The notes below the pieces were generated by a model. It worked only from the letters and a program-made list of their open reading frames with translations. It was not told the DNA's origin and did no database searches. Positions 34,358-43,306 of a DNA stretch of 64,000 bases are shown one piece after another (the first letter of the stretch is position 1; each line of letters starts with the position of its first letter). Made by a program: the position numbers and the translations under genes. This DNA is from an uncultured Solirubrobacterales bacterium (GTDB lineage Bacteria > Actinomycetota > Thermoleophilia > Solirubrobacterales > JBBDJG01), in contig OY970293.1 of assembly GCA_963716195.1 (NCBI GenBank), forward strand, positions 408,462 to 472,461, read 5' to 3'.

Positions 34358-35003
34358 CCGCAGCGATGGTAAGGATCGCGCCGATGTCGCCTGCCTCGAG
34401 CGCGTCCGCTAGTTGCTCGACGAAGTCTCGGCTACGAGCGTCCCCGAGTGAGCGCACCACGGCTTGCTTGCTTTGCTCGGGTAGCGGCTCGTCGAACGTC
34501 GCGCGAGCACGCTGCAGCACGCTGTTTGTTGCTGCGACTGTCGTCTGGAGAATCAGGGCGACTTCCTTGGCGGAGAAGCCGAGGACATCTCGCAGGATCA
34601 GCACGGCGCGCTGCCGTGGGGACAGATGCTCGAGCGTTGCGATGAGCGCAAGCTCGAGCGCCTCGCGCTGCTCGTAGTGGGTGGCGGGCTCTGCCGCTAC
34701 GTCCTGAATTTGCCGGCTGACGTAAACCTCCGTCGCCGGGCCACGATCGATTGGCAGGACACCCTTGGGACGCCGCGCGATCGCGTCGAAGCAGACGTTG
34801 GTCGCGATCCGGTGAATCCAGGCTCCCAATGGGCTGCGTCCCTCGTAGCCGGGGAGGAAGCGCCACGCCCTCAGCAACGTCTCCTGGAAAGCATCCTCGG
34901 CATCGTGAGGAGTCCCGAGCATCCGGCGGCAGTGCGACTCCAGCGTCGAAGCCTGACCCTCGACCAAGCGCCGGAAGGACTCCTCCTTTGCCCGATTGGA
35001 CAC
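34350..35003 (-). CDS. ECF sigma factor (SigJ/ECF41-like) lacking most of the C-terminal SnoaL-like extension
   Basis: ..DAEDAFQETLLRAWRFL..AWIHRIATNVCFDAIAR..LSPRQRAVLILRDVLGFSAKEVALILQTTVAATNSVLQRAR... Ends ..FVEQLADALEAGDIGAILTIAADG*. 8-nt overlap with the MMPL start. Confidence 0.7.
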   Translation of the reverse strand: MSNRAKEESFRRLVEGQASTLESHCRRMLGTPHDAEDAFQETLLRAWRFLPGYEGRSPLGAWIHRIATNVCFDAIARRPKGVLPIDRGPATEVYVSRQIQDVAAEPATHYEQREALELALIATLEHLSPRQRAVLILRDVLGFSAKEVALILQTTVAATNSVLQRARATFDEPLPEQSKQAVVRSLGDARSRDFVEQLADALEAGDIGAILTIAADG

Positions 35004-35099
35004 ACCTCGTGAGGCTAGGTCGAGGCAGCAGGCTGCGCATGGGCCCGCGGGAGGTTTTTGACATCCGACCGTGGTCGGATTCCCACGGTTCGGCGGCTG

Positions 35100-35759
35100 T
35101 CACGTCGAGCCGGGACTAACCACGCCGTGGTCGTACGCAAACACGATCGCCGCCGCCCGATCGCGAACGTCGAGCTTCATAAAGATGCTGCCGACGTGGC
35201 TCTTGACGGTCGCCTCGGCGACGAACAGCGTTGCAGCGATCTCCGAGTTGGTCGCGCCCCGCGCAATCAGCCTCAGGACGTCGTGCTCGCGATCGGTGAG
35301 CAAGTCCAGCCGGGCCGCGTCACGCACGGCCGGCGCCACCACCCGGCGATAACGCTCTAGAACGCGCGGTGCGACGGCGGGATGGAACCAGGCGCCGCCC
35401 CCCGCAACCGCCCGCACAGCGGCGATCAAATCCTCGGCAGAGCTGTCCTTGAGAACGAACCCGTCAGCGCCGGCCTCGATGGCGCCCCACAACACTTCGT
35501 CCTCTCCGAACGTCGTGAGCACGAGGACGGGAACAGGGTGCTCGGTATCGCGCAACTTCGCGGTCGCGGCGATGCCGTCGAGCCTCGGCATGCGGATGTC
35601 CATGAGGATCACATCAGGGCGCAAGGTTGGAAGCTCCTCCACGGCCTGCTGTCCGTCGACGCATTCGGCGATCACCTCGAACCCGTCGGCAGGGGAGAGG
35701 ATCCGCGCCAGGCCGGCGCGGACGATGGCCTGGTCATCGACGAGGGCAACCCGGATCAT
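35100..35759 (-). CDS. NarL/LuxR-family response regulator
   Basis: MIRVALVDDQ..DVILMDIRMPRLDG.. receiver domain. ..LTDREHDVLRLIARGATNSEIAATLFVAEATVKSHVGSIFMKL HTH. Confidence 0.9.
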   Translation of the reverse strand: MIRVALVDDQAIVRAGLARILSPADGFEVIAECVDGQQAVEELPTLRPDVILMDIRMPRLDGIAATAKLRDTEHPVPVLVLTTFGEDEVLWGAIEAGADGFVLKDSSAEDLIAAVRAVAGGGAWFHPAVAPRVLERYRRVVAPAVRDAARLDLLTDREHDVLRLIARGATNSEIAATLFVAEATVKSHVGSIFMKLDVRDRAAAIVFAYDHGVVSPGST

Positions 35760-36919
35760 TACGTACGCTCGTCCCCGTCGGGTGGTGCGTCCGGCGCGTC
35801 GAGCGGAAGGTGGCAGTTCACTCGCCAGCCCTCCGGTGTCGGCCCGGCAGCGAACTCGCCGCCGAGCGCGGTCGCACGCTCCCGCATCCCAACCAGACCG
35901 TACCGTCGTCGCTCGGGCTCGGTGGAAGGTGCGGTGACGGTTGGCCCGGTCGTGTCGGCGACGAGACGTGCCCGGTTGTCGGCCACCTCCATTTCCAGAA
36001 CAGTCCGGGCGCGTGGAGCGTGCTGTGCCGCATTGGCAAGCGCCTCCTGGGAAATCCGGTAGAGCGCGACTCCGACGCTTGGTGAGACGCGGGCGAGGTC
36101 CCCGCGCGTGTGCAGCTGGACCGCGAGGCCACCGGCTCTCGCATGGTCGACGAGCGCGGGGATGTCCCTCGCCGACGGCAGTGGCGGCGCCACCGCCCCC
36201 TCCTCGGGGCTGCGCAGCAGCGCGACGGTGCGTCGTAGTTCCTGCATGCTGCGCCGGCCTACATCCTCCGCCGACAGCAGCGCCTGCTCGGCGGCGGCCG
36301 GGTCTCGGCGCAGCACATGACGGGCGCTGGTGATCTGAAGCATTACGGCAGCTAGTCCGTGTCCGACGAAGTCGTGCACGTCGCGCGCGATGCGACGCCG
36401 CTCGGCCAGCACGGCCTGTTGCGCGAGCTCGCGTCGGGTGGCGTCGAGGTGGGCCGCAAGTTGTCTTTGGCGAGCAGCCGCGCGGGCAATGAGCCAGGGG
36501 AAGACGATTCCCATGATCCAGATGCCGACGAAAATCTCGGACGGGTCCTGGATCAGGCTCGCCAGCACCGGCGCGGCTGTCGCGAGCAGACCGAGCACGA
36601 TCGCCACCCGGAGCGATGGGGCCCAAAAGCCGACGACGAAGGCGAGCAGCGAGACCTCGAACAAGAGGGGCTCGAGCTGCCCGGTCCGCTGCGCCGCGAC
36701 AACCGGGGCGAGCACCGCGAGCGATAGCGCGAATAGGGGCAGGTTGGGAACGTAGGCCCACACAGCGAAAGCGCCGACCGCCAGGGCAGCAAGCAAGAGG
36801 TCGGCCGCTGACGACGGGTCGGTGATCGCGGCGACGATGGCAACCGTGAGCGCGAAGACCGGGACAAGCGCGCGCACCGGGTCCTTTTGAGGCGACACCG
36901 AAACTGGCCCTCCAGACAT
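35759..36919 (-). CDS. HisKA_3-type sensor histidine kinase
   Basis: Five N-terminal TM segments. ..ERRRIARDVHDFVGHGLAAVMLQ.. (H-box). ..YRISQEALANAAQHA..GLVGMRERATALGGEF... TAATG overlap with the regulator. Start taken at ATG 36919. Confidence 0.85.
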   Translation of the reverse strand: MSGGPVSVSPQKDPVRALVPVFALTVAIVAAITDPSSAADLLLAALAVGAFAVWAYVPNLPLFALSLAVLAPVVAAQRTGQLEPLLFEVSLLAFVVGFWAPSLRVAIVLGLLATAAPVLASLIQDPSEIFVGIWIMGIVFPWLIARAAARQRQLAAHLDATRRELAQQAVLAERRRIARDVHDFVGHGLAAVMLQITSARHVLRRDPAAAEQALLSAEDVGRRSMQELRRTVALLRSPEEGAVAPPLPSARDIPALVDHARAGGLAVQLHTRGDLARVSPSVGVALYRISQEALANAAQHAPRARTVLEMEVADNRARLVADTTGPTVTAPSTEPERRRYGLVGMRERATALGGEFAAGPTPEGWRVNCHLPLDAPDAPPDGDERT

Positions 36920-37036
36920 CCCCTTCACGGTACTGCTGCGCAGCGCGCGCGAAAATCCCCCTACGGTCTGAGACGGCCGGCCGACCGAGGGCGAATCAGA
37001 TCTGATCGCCGGCATCGCACTCGGTATTACTGTGGA

Positions 37037-37567
37037 GTGGCCGACGCGGGTCAGATCGTTCAACTCCGGGACGGGACGAAGGCTTTGATTCGACCGATTG
37101 AGCCCGGGGACCGGCAACGCCTGAAGGAGGGATTCGACAGCTCCAGCGAGGAGTCCCGTTTCCAGCGTTTCCTCTCTCCACAGCCCCGGCTCTCGAGCCG
37201 TCAGCTCGACTTCCTGACCGCGGTCGATCACGTTCACCACGAGGCGTTGATCGCCGTCGATCCCAATACCGGTGAAAGCTTCGGTACCGCCCGCTACGTT
37301 CGCGACGACGGTAATCCCGAAACCGCGGAGTTCGCGATTGGAGTGGGGGATAGGTGGATGCGAATTGGCCTGGGGACGGCGCTTCTCGGCGCTCTGGTTC
37401 TTCGTGCGCGCAAGGCGGGAATCACCCGCATCACCGGTCTCATACACGGAGAGAACACCGCCATCAAGCGCTTGGTGGCCAAGGTCGTGGGTCCCTACGA
37501 GATCAGCTCCGCCAATCAGATAGTGATCGATCTCACTTCAAAACAGGAAGGCCCGTCGAGCGGCTAG
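37037..37567 (+). CDS. GNAT-family acetyltransferase
   Basis: ..IRPIEPGDRQRLKEGFDSSSEESRFQRF..EFAIGVGDRWMRIGLGTALLGALVLRARKAGITRI... GTG start assumed. Confidence 0.65.
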   Translation: MADAGQIVQLRDGTKALIRPIEPGDRQRLKEGFDSSSEESRFQRFLSPQPRLSSRQLDFLTAVDHVHHEALIAVDPNTGESFGTARYVRDDGNPETAEFAIGVGDRWMRIGLGTALLGALVLRARKAGITRITGLIHGENTAIKRLVAKVVGPYEISSANQIVIDLTSKQEGPSSG

Positions 37568-37631
37568 CCCTGCCGTCATGCGGCGTGGCTGCCGCGCGGC
37601 TCTATTTGTCCCGCGCCTGCCTCAGCGAGGT

Positions 37632-38093
37632 CTACGGCAGCTCGCGTCCGAGCCAGCCGCGATAGAACCCCTCGATGTCGGGGAGGAAGTCGTGGACGAC
37701 CGGGTATCCCCTGGTGACCGCTTCGACCTCGAGCAGGCGGCCGGACCGCGGGCAGTAGAACTCGCGCAGCTCCATCCACTCCGGATCGCAGTGCGCCAGC
37801 TTCGGGTAGACCTCGCCGAGCAGCTCGTCGCTGTCGCGGACGAAGACGGCGGCGTGCATCTTCCAGTTCTCGTCGAAGCGGCAAAAGTCGTGGCCGGCCT
37901 CGCTGCGAATCACGAGCTCGCCGTCCGACAGCCGCCGCACTACATACAGCGCCTCGCCCAGCGGCAGCACGATCGGGTCGCTCCACGCCACCCGTTCCTG
38001 CAGGATCGAGATCCACTTGTCGAACCGATCCGGGTCCTTGTAGCCGGACTGGATGTCCTTCACCTCTCGTCGCGAGAGCTTCTCGTCGAGCAA
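37632..38093 (-). CDS. acxC: Acetone carboxylase gamma-subunit-like protein
   Basis: ..FDKWISILQERVAWSDPIVLPLG..AGHDFCRFDENWKMHAAVFVRD..EWMELREFYCPRSGRLLEVEAVTRGYPVVHDFLPDIEGFYRGWLG. Confidence 0.7.
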   Translation of the reverse strand: MLDEKLSRREVKDIQSGYKDPDRFDKWISILQERVAWSDPIVLPLGEALYVVRRLSDGELVIRSEAGHDFCRFDENWKMHAAVFVRDSDELLGEVYPKLAHCDPEWMELREFYCPRSGRLLEVEAVTRGYPVVHDFLPDIEGFYRGWLGRELP

Positions 38094-38121
38094 TGCCTCG
38101 AGTGTCTCGCGCTCGAGTGTC

Positions 38122-40425
38122 TTACCAACGGCTTTCGGCGGCTCGACGCGTCGCGACCTCCGAGGAGGCCAGGAACTCCGCTGCCGACTCGGCAGGCGTC
38201 ACCTTTCCGGGCTGCATCGCCAGGTCCGCCGGCAGCGTCGGCGTCGCCACTCCGAAGCTGAAGTCCTCGGCCAGATCCCAGAAACCGCGGAACTCGGCTG
38301 CCCAGCGCGGCGAGAGCTTCATCGACTCCTCGTAGCCGACCTTGACGGGTTCGATCAACTCGCCGGCAAGCAGCCGCTCGCGCTCGGAGGCCCACCACTT
38401 GCGCGCCGGGCAGGGCGCGCTCAAGCCGCCGCGCGCGAGCTGCCATCGCGGTCGGAGAGCGCGTAGACGGATTCGGCGAACCCGGCCTCGATGTGGCCCT
38501 CGGCGACATCGCGCTCGACAGCCTCGACCGGTCGCTCGAGCGGGTCGCCGAGACCGGCGGCGCCCTTCATCACGGAGTGGTACAGGTCACCGGACGCGAA
38601 CGGCTGCAGCAGGGTGAAGTTGTCCAGCTTCAGCTCGCGCTCGCCACTGATCGCCTTGAGCGCGAGCTCGGAGAACGCTCCGTCGGCGACCGGATACGCC
38701 GCTCCAGCCTCGGCCAGCTCACGCAGGTTGTTGTTGCGGACGTTGTGGATGTAGGCGACCGATCCGGGGTAGCCGCCGAAGAGCCCCTGCGATGTGAAGA
38801 GGCGCGTGGTGCCGAGGTTCTGTAGCTCCCAGAACGGCGTGTTCCAGATCATGTGCAGCGATTCGAACGACGAGCCGCCGCGATGGCGGCCGGGGCCGGC
38901 GGTGTTCGGCTTGATTCGCCGCGAGAGATAGATCATCGGGCAGATCAGCTCCCACATCTCGATGTCGCCGGCATCGCCCTCCGGGTTGAACATGGCCGCG
39001 CAGGTGTCCGTGCCATCGAGGACGTACTTGGCTCCCATGCCCTGCGCGGCGATCTCGAAGTTCATGATCGCCGAGGAGTTCCCGTACTGGTCGACGCCGC
39101 CGCCCTGGATGACGTTGCCCGATACCGAATAGGCGCCGATCACCTCCTCGATGAAGCCGCGTGCCTGGAGCGCGCGCGAGAGCGTCCGCGGGTACCCCGT
39201 GAAGGCCGGCTGCAGGAACGCCCAGGCGATCCCGGTCGATCCCTCGGCGTCGCCTAGGTTCGCGACCGAGCCCTCTGGGAAGTTGGTCTCGACCGCGAGG
39301 TAGGCGCCGTCGTTGACCTTGTCGTTGCAGATCAGGGTCTGGGTGAACATGACCCAGATCGCGCCCTGCATCCCCGACGGCGTGCAGTTCATCGAGTGCC
39401 AGCCCCAGGCCGATGCGCCGTCGAGGTCGAGCGCGTAGTCGCCGTCGCCGCCGATCCGGACCTCGAACGGCGCGTGCATGACGAAGTCACGCCGGGCCCG
39501 CGCCGGCAGCTGCACCTTGTCGGCGTAGGTGACGTCCTGGAACGACGCAGCGCGGTAACGCCCCGGCACCGTCATCTCGACGATCCGGCTCTTGAACGAG
39601 CGCCGGCCTTCCTCGATCACCTCACGGCTGAACTGCTTGAAGCGGTCGATCCCCTCTTCGAGGATCACCCGCTCCACCGCTTCGCGGATCATGTGGCAGC
39701 CGGCCAGCCGGGTGCGCTCGTCGAGCAGGTAGTACATCGGCGCGCGCGTCTGCTTCTGGCAGCGGATCAGGTGCCACTGTGCGAGCTCGTCGCCCTCGCC
39801 GATCTTCATGCAGGGAAGGTCGATGCCGTCGTCGAGCCGGTTCGTCGGCCCGACCGGGACGCCGCCGGGAGTCGAGGCGCCGATGTCGAGCACATGTGTC
39901 ACGCCGCCTGCCCAGGCGACCAGCTCGCCCTCCCAGAAGATCGGCACGAATGTCTGCACGTCGGCGTTGTGGACGTCGCCGATCACCGGGTCGTCGTTGG
40001 CGAAGATGTCGCCGGGGCGGATCTTCGGGTTGTCCTCCCAGCGGTTCCGCACCATGTACTTGATCGCGTCCGACATCGTGTGGACGTGGACGATGATCCC
40101 GGTCGAGAGCGCGATCGAGTCGCCCTCGGGCGTGTAGAGCGCGAAGCAGAGCTCGCCAAGCTCGCGCACGATCGGCGAGGCGGAGATGTTGAGCGCGGTC
40201 TCGCGCGCCGAGACCAGGCCGCCGCGCAGGCGGCTGAAGAGCTTCTCGTACTCGATCGGCTCGGAGTCCTTGAGCGCAAGCTCGCCGGCGAGGCCGTAGT
40301 AGGAGCCGGTCTCGGCGAACAGCCGCTCCGATTCGGCGAGCATCGCGTCGAGGCGCTTGCCGTCCCATCCGATTCCAGCCTGCTTCGCGCGGCTCGAGCT
40401 CGCGTGTCGCGTCGACGATCGCCAT
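38122..40425 (-). pseudogene. acxB: Acetone carboxylase alpha / hydantoinase B-like subunit, three +1 frame changes
   Basis: MAIVDATRELEPREAG | ..WDGKRLDAMLAESERLFAETGSYYG..GDIEMWELICPMIYLSRRIKPNTAGPGRHRGGSSFESL..SDRDGSSRAAA | RLERALPGA | KWWASERERLLAGELIEPVKV..FRGFWDL... Shifts near 40370, 38422 and 38401. Confidence 0.7.
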
Positions 40426-40433
40426 TAAGGGTT

Positions 40434-42579
40434 CTAGCCTCCTCCGCTGCTGGTCAGATGGAATATGCCGTGGGCGTCGAGCCGCGCCTCGCGCCCTGGC
40501 GGGATCGCGAACGTCGTCGCCGAGTGCTCGACGATCGCCGGCCCTGTGATCTGGTGGCCGGCCTCGACGTCCTCGAGCCGGACGATCGAGGTCTCGGCCT
40601 CGCCGTCGCGCCAGCGCACTGTCCGTGTCGAGGTCACCGCCGGCTCGCCGGTAGCTTCGTCGAGCTCGGGCAGCGCCGGCTTCTCGACCTCGACCGAGCC
40701 GTGGACGATCGCCTGCGTGATCAGGTAGCCAAGCTCGGGTGACCGGGCCGAGCGGGCGTAGACCTTCGAGTACGCGTCCTCGAAGGCGTCGATGAGCGCA
40801 TCCACATGCTCGCTCTCCTCCATTTCCGGATGCGGAGAGACGATCTCGATGTCGTTGAGCTGGCCGTAGTACTGCATTCGCACCGCGTGCGAGAAGGTGA
40901 TCCGGTCGCGCTCGATCCCCGACTTCGCGAACTCCGCCGCGACGCGCTCCTCGAGTCCCTGCCAAGCGCCGGTGACCATCACCCCGATCCCCGCCTTCTG
41001 CATCTCGTCGACGGGCGGCAGGATCGGCATGTCGATCGTCTGGTCGTAGCGGTACTCGAAGTCGGCGCACGCGCATCCGTAGGCGGAGAAGCCGGCCGCC
41101 CAGGCGGGGACGAGGACGTCGCGGTAGGCGACTCCCTCCGTATAGCCGGCGACGTGGAGCGGCCCGCCGCCGCCGTAACAAAGCAGCGCGTAGTCGGGCG
41201 GGCGAGTAACCCTTGCCGAGGATGCGCCCGACAGCCTCGTTGCGCAGGGTCTGCTCGAACAACTCGATCACGCCGGCAGCCGCATCGGCCGCCTCGAGCC
41301 CGAGCGGTTGGGCGACCTGGCGCTCGACCTCGGCGAGCGCGCGCTCGGGGTCGAGCTGGATGTCGCCGCCGAGGAAGTAGTCGGGATTGACGCGCCCGAG
41401 GACGACGTTGAGGTCGGTGATCGAGACGGTCTCGAGGCCGCCCTCGGGCCAGCACACACCGATCCGCGCGCCGGCAGAGTCGGGCCCGAGCTCGGGCCGG
41501 TTCGAGTTCGGGTTGACGCGCACGAACGAGCCGGTCCCGGCGCCGATCGAGTCGATGCGGACGAGCGGCATGTTGAGCATGAAGCGGGCGATGTCCGGGG
41601 TCGGAGTGATGTCGAACCGCCCGTCGGTGATCAGCGCGATGTCGAAGGAGGTGCCGCCGATGTCGGTGCACAGGACGTTCGGGAGCTCCAACCGCTCGGC
41701 CAGCGCCTGGCCGCCGACGACGCCGCCGATCGGACCGGAGACGAGAGTCGTCGCCAGCTCCTTCGCCTCCATCGAGATCGTGCCCCCGTGCGAGGCCATC
41801 ACCCGCAGCTCGAAGGCGGCGTTAGCCTTCTTCGTCTCCTCGCGGACCTTCTGCATCGCTGCGCGGGAGGGCTCGGCGGCGTAGGCCTCGATCAGCGTCG
41901 AGTTGAGCCGCGGGAGATCGCGGCGCAGTGGGTACAGCTCCGAAGCAAGGTAAACGGGGACCGCGCCGTCCACGCCGCGCTCGGCCTTGACCTCGGCGAC
42001 GATCTCCGCCGCCCGCCGCTCGTGCGCGGCGTTGCGGTAACCGAACAAGAGGCAGATGCAGATTCCCTCGACGCCGGCGTCGAGGAGCTCGGCCGCGGCT
42101 TCGTGGACGTCCTGCTCGCGCAGCGGCAGGACCTCGGCGCCCATGACGTCGATTCGCCCACGGACTCCCTTCATCTGCTCGCGCGGGACGATCGGCTCGT
42201 TGTGGTAGTGGGTCGCGATGTGGAGACGGTCGGAATACGAGAAGCCGAGGTAGGTCTGAATCCCGCGCTCGATCCGCAGGTAGTCCTCGTTGCCGGCCGT
42301 GACGATCGCGCCGATGTTGCGCCCGGTCCGCGAGAGCAAGCGGTTGAGCATCGCCGTGCCCGAGTAGATCCCGGAGGCGATCCCCGGGAACGCCTCCTCG
42401 GGGCTCGAGTGCCACTGCTCGAGCGCGTCGTGTGCCGACTCCATGAAGCCGATCGACTCGTCCTCGGGCGTCGTCTGGGCCTTGCCGACGACGAAGCTGC
42501 CGGCGCTGTCGACGATGAACGTGTCGGTCATCGTCCCGCCGGCGTCGATGGCAAGCACGCGCGGGTCTCGGTCAGCCAT
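40434..42579 (-). pseudogene. acxA: Acetone carboxylase beta / hydantoinase A-like subunit, one +1 frameshift
   Basis: MADRDPRVLAIDAGGTMTDTF..TDIGGTSFDIALI..RILGKGYSP | DYALLCYGGGGPLHVAGY..FSAYGCACADFEYRYDQTIDMPILPP..GPAIVEHSATTFAIPPG. Junction at gggcgggc 41197-41204. The 985-aa ORF in the track is an out-of-frame run-on. Confidence 0.75.
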
Positions 42580-42796
42580 TTCTCCCTCTGCGGCGAGCCT
42601 AGAGGAATCGGTTCGCGATCGTCGAGCAACATGGAGGAAGCCGCGTACTGCGATCGGCTGTCATCCGATCGGATTAACGATGTTCGCCCAATCGAATGAC
42701 TGGCAGCGTTGCCGGCCGTTGCCATTTTTTGTCTTCCCCCTGCGGGCAGCTACGATCAGGGCCAATTGGGGGGATACTGGTGAGCTGGAAGCTCGG

Positions 42797-43306
42797 ATGA
42801 CCTCCGTCGAGACAGTCACGATCCTGGTAACCGACCTCGTGGGATCCACGGGGCTCGAGTCACGGATCGGGCCGGGCGCGGCCGACGAGCTGCGCGATGA
42901 GCACTTCACGCTGCTTCGGGGTGCGTTCGAGGCAGCGCGCGGGCGCGAGGTGAAGAACACCGGCGACGGCCTGATCGCGGCCTTCGAGAGCGCCTCCTCC
43001 GCAGTCGACTGCGCGGTCTCGATCCAGCAGCGCATGGAGCGGCGAAACCGCTCCGCGGGCGAGCAGCTGCTGATCAAGATCGGGATCAGCCTCGGCGATG
43101 CGACCGCAGCCGACGGCGACTACTTCGGCATGCCGGTGATCGAGGCGGCGCGGCTTTGCGATCGCGCCACCGGAGGTCAGATCCTGGTCAAGGAAACGGT
43201 CGCCCACCTCGCGGCCGGACGCGTCGGCGACGCCCTGAAGGCGGTCGGCGCGCTGGAGCTGAAGGGACTGCCGGAGCCGCTGGCGACGGTGGAGGTGAGC
43301 TGGGAG
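42797..43306 (+). repeat. 510-bp block ~99% identical to 46528-47037 (cyclase domains of the two paralogs)
   Basis: 170 aa identical. Only about four nucleotide differences noticed (e.g. cacgctg/cacactg, gatcgc/gaccgc). Identity drops abruptly after ..ATVEVSWEP. Confidence 0.9.

Noticed and set aside
35100-37447. 553-aa and 562-aa versions of the response regulator and kinase ORFs
   Set aside because: The upstream extensions overlap the neighbouring gene and are Arg/Pro-rich. Conserved domains begin at ATG 35759 (MIRVALVDD) and ATG 36919, so the shorter models were adopted.
39622-42579. 985-aa ORF as a giant hydantoinase
   Set aside because: Only the first ~460 aa are HyuA/AcxA-like. After the shift near 41200 the ORF runs out of frame (Arg-rich nonsense) across the rest of acxA and into acxB. 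The true C-terminal part is ORF 40434-41030 extended upstream.
42443-42796. N-terminal extension of cyclase paralog 1 (ORF start 42443)
   Set aside because: The extension overlaps the divergent acxA start and promoter region and has no counterpart in paralog 2. The conserved protein begins at ATG 42797 (MTSVETVTILVTD).
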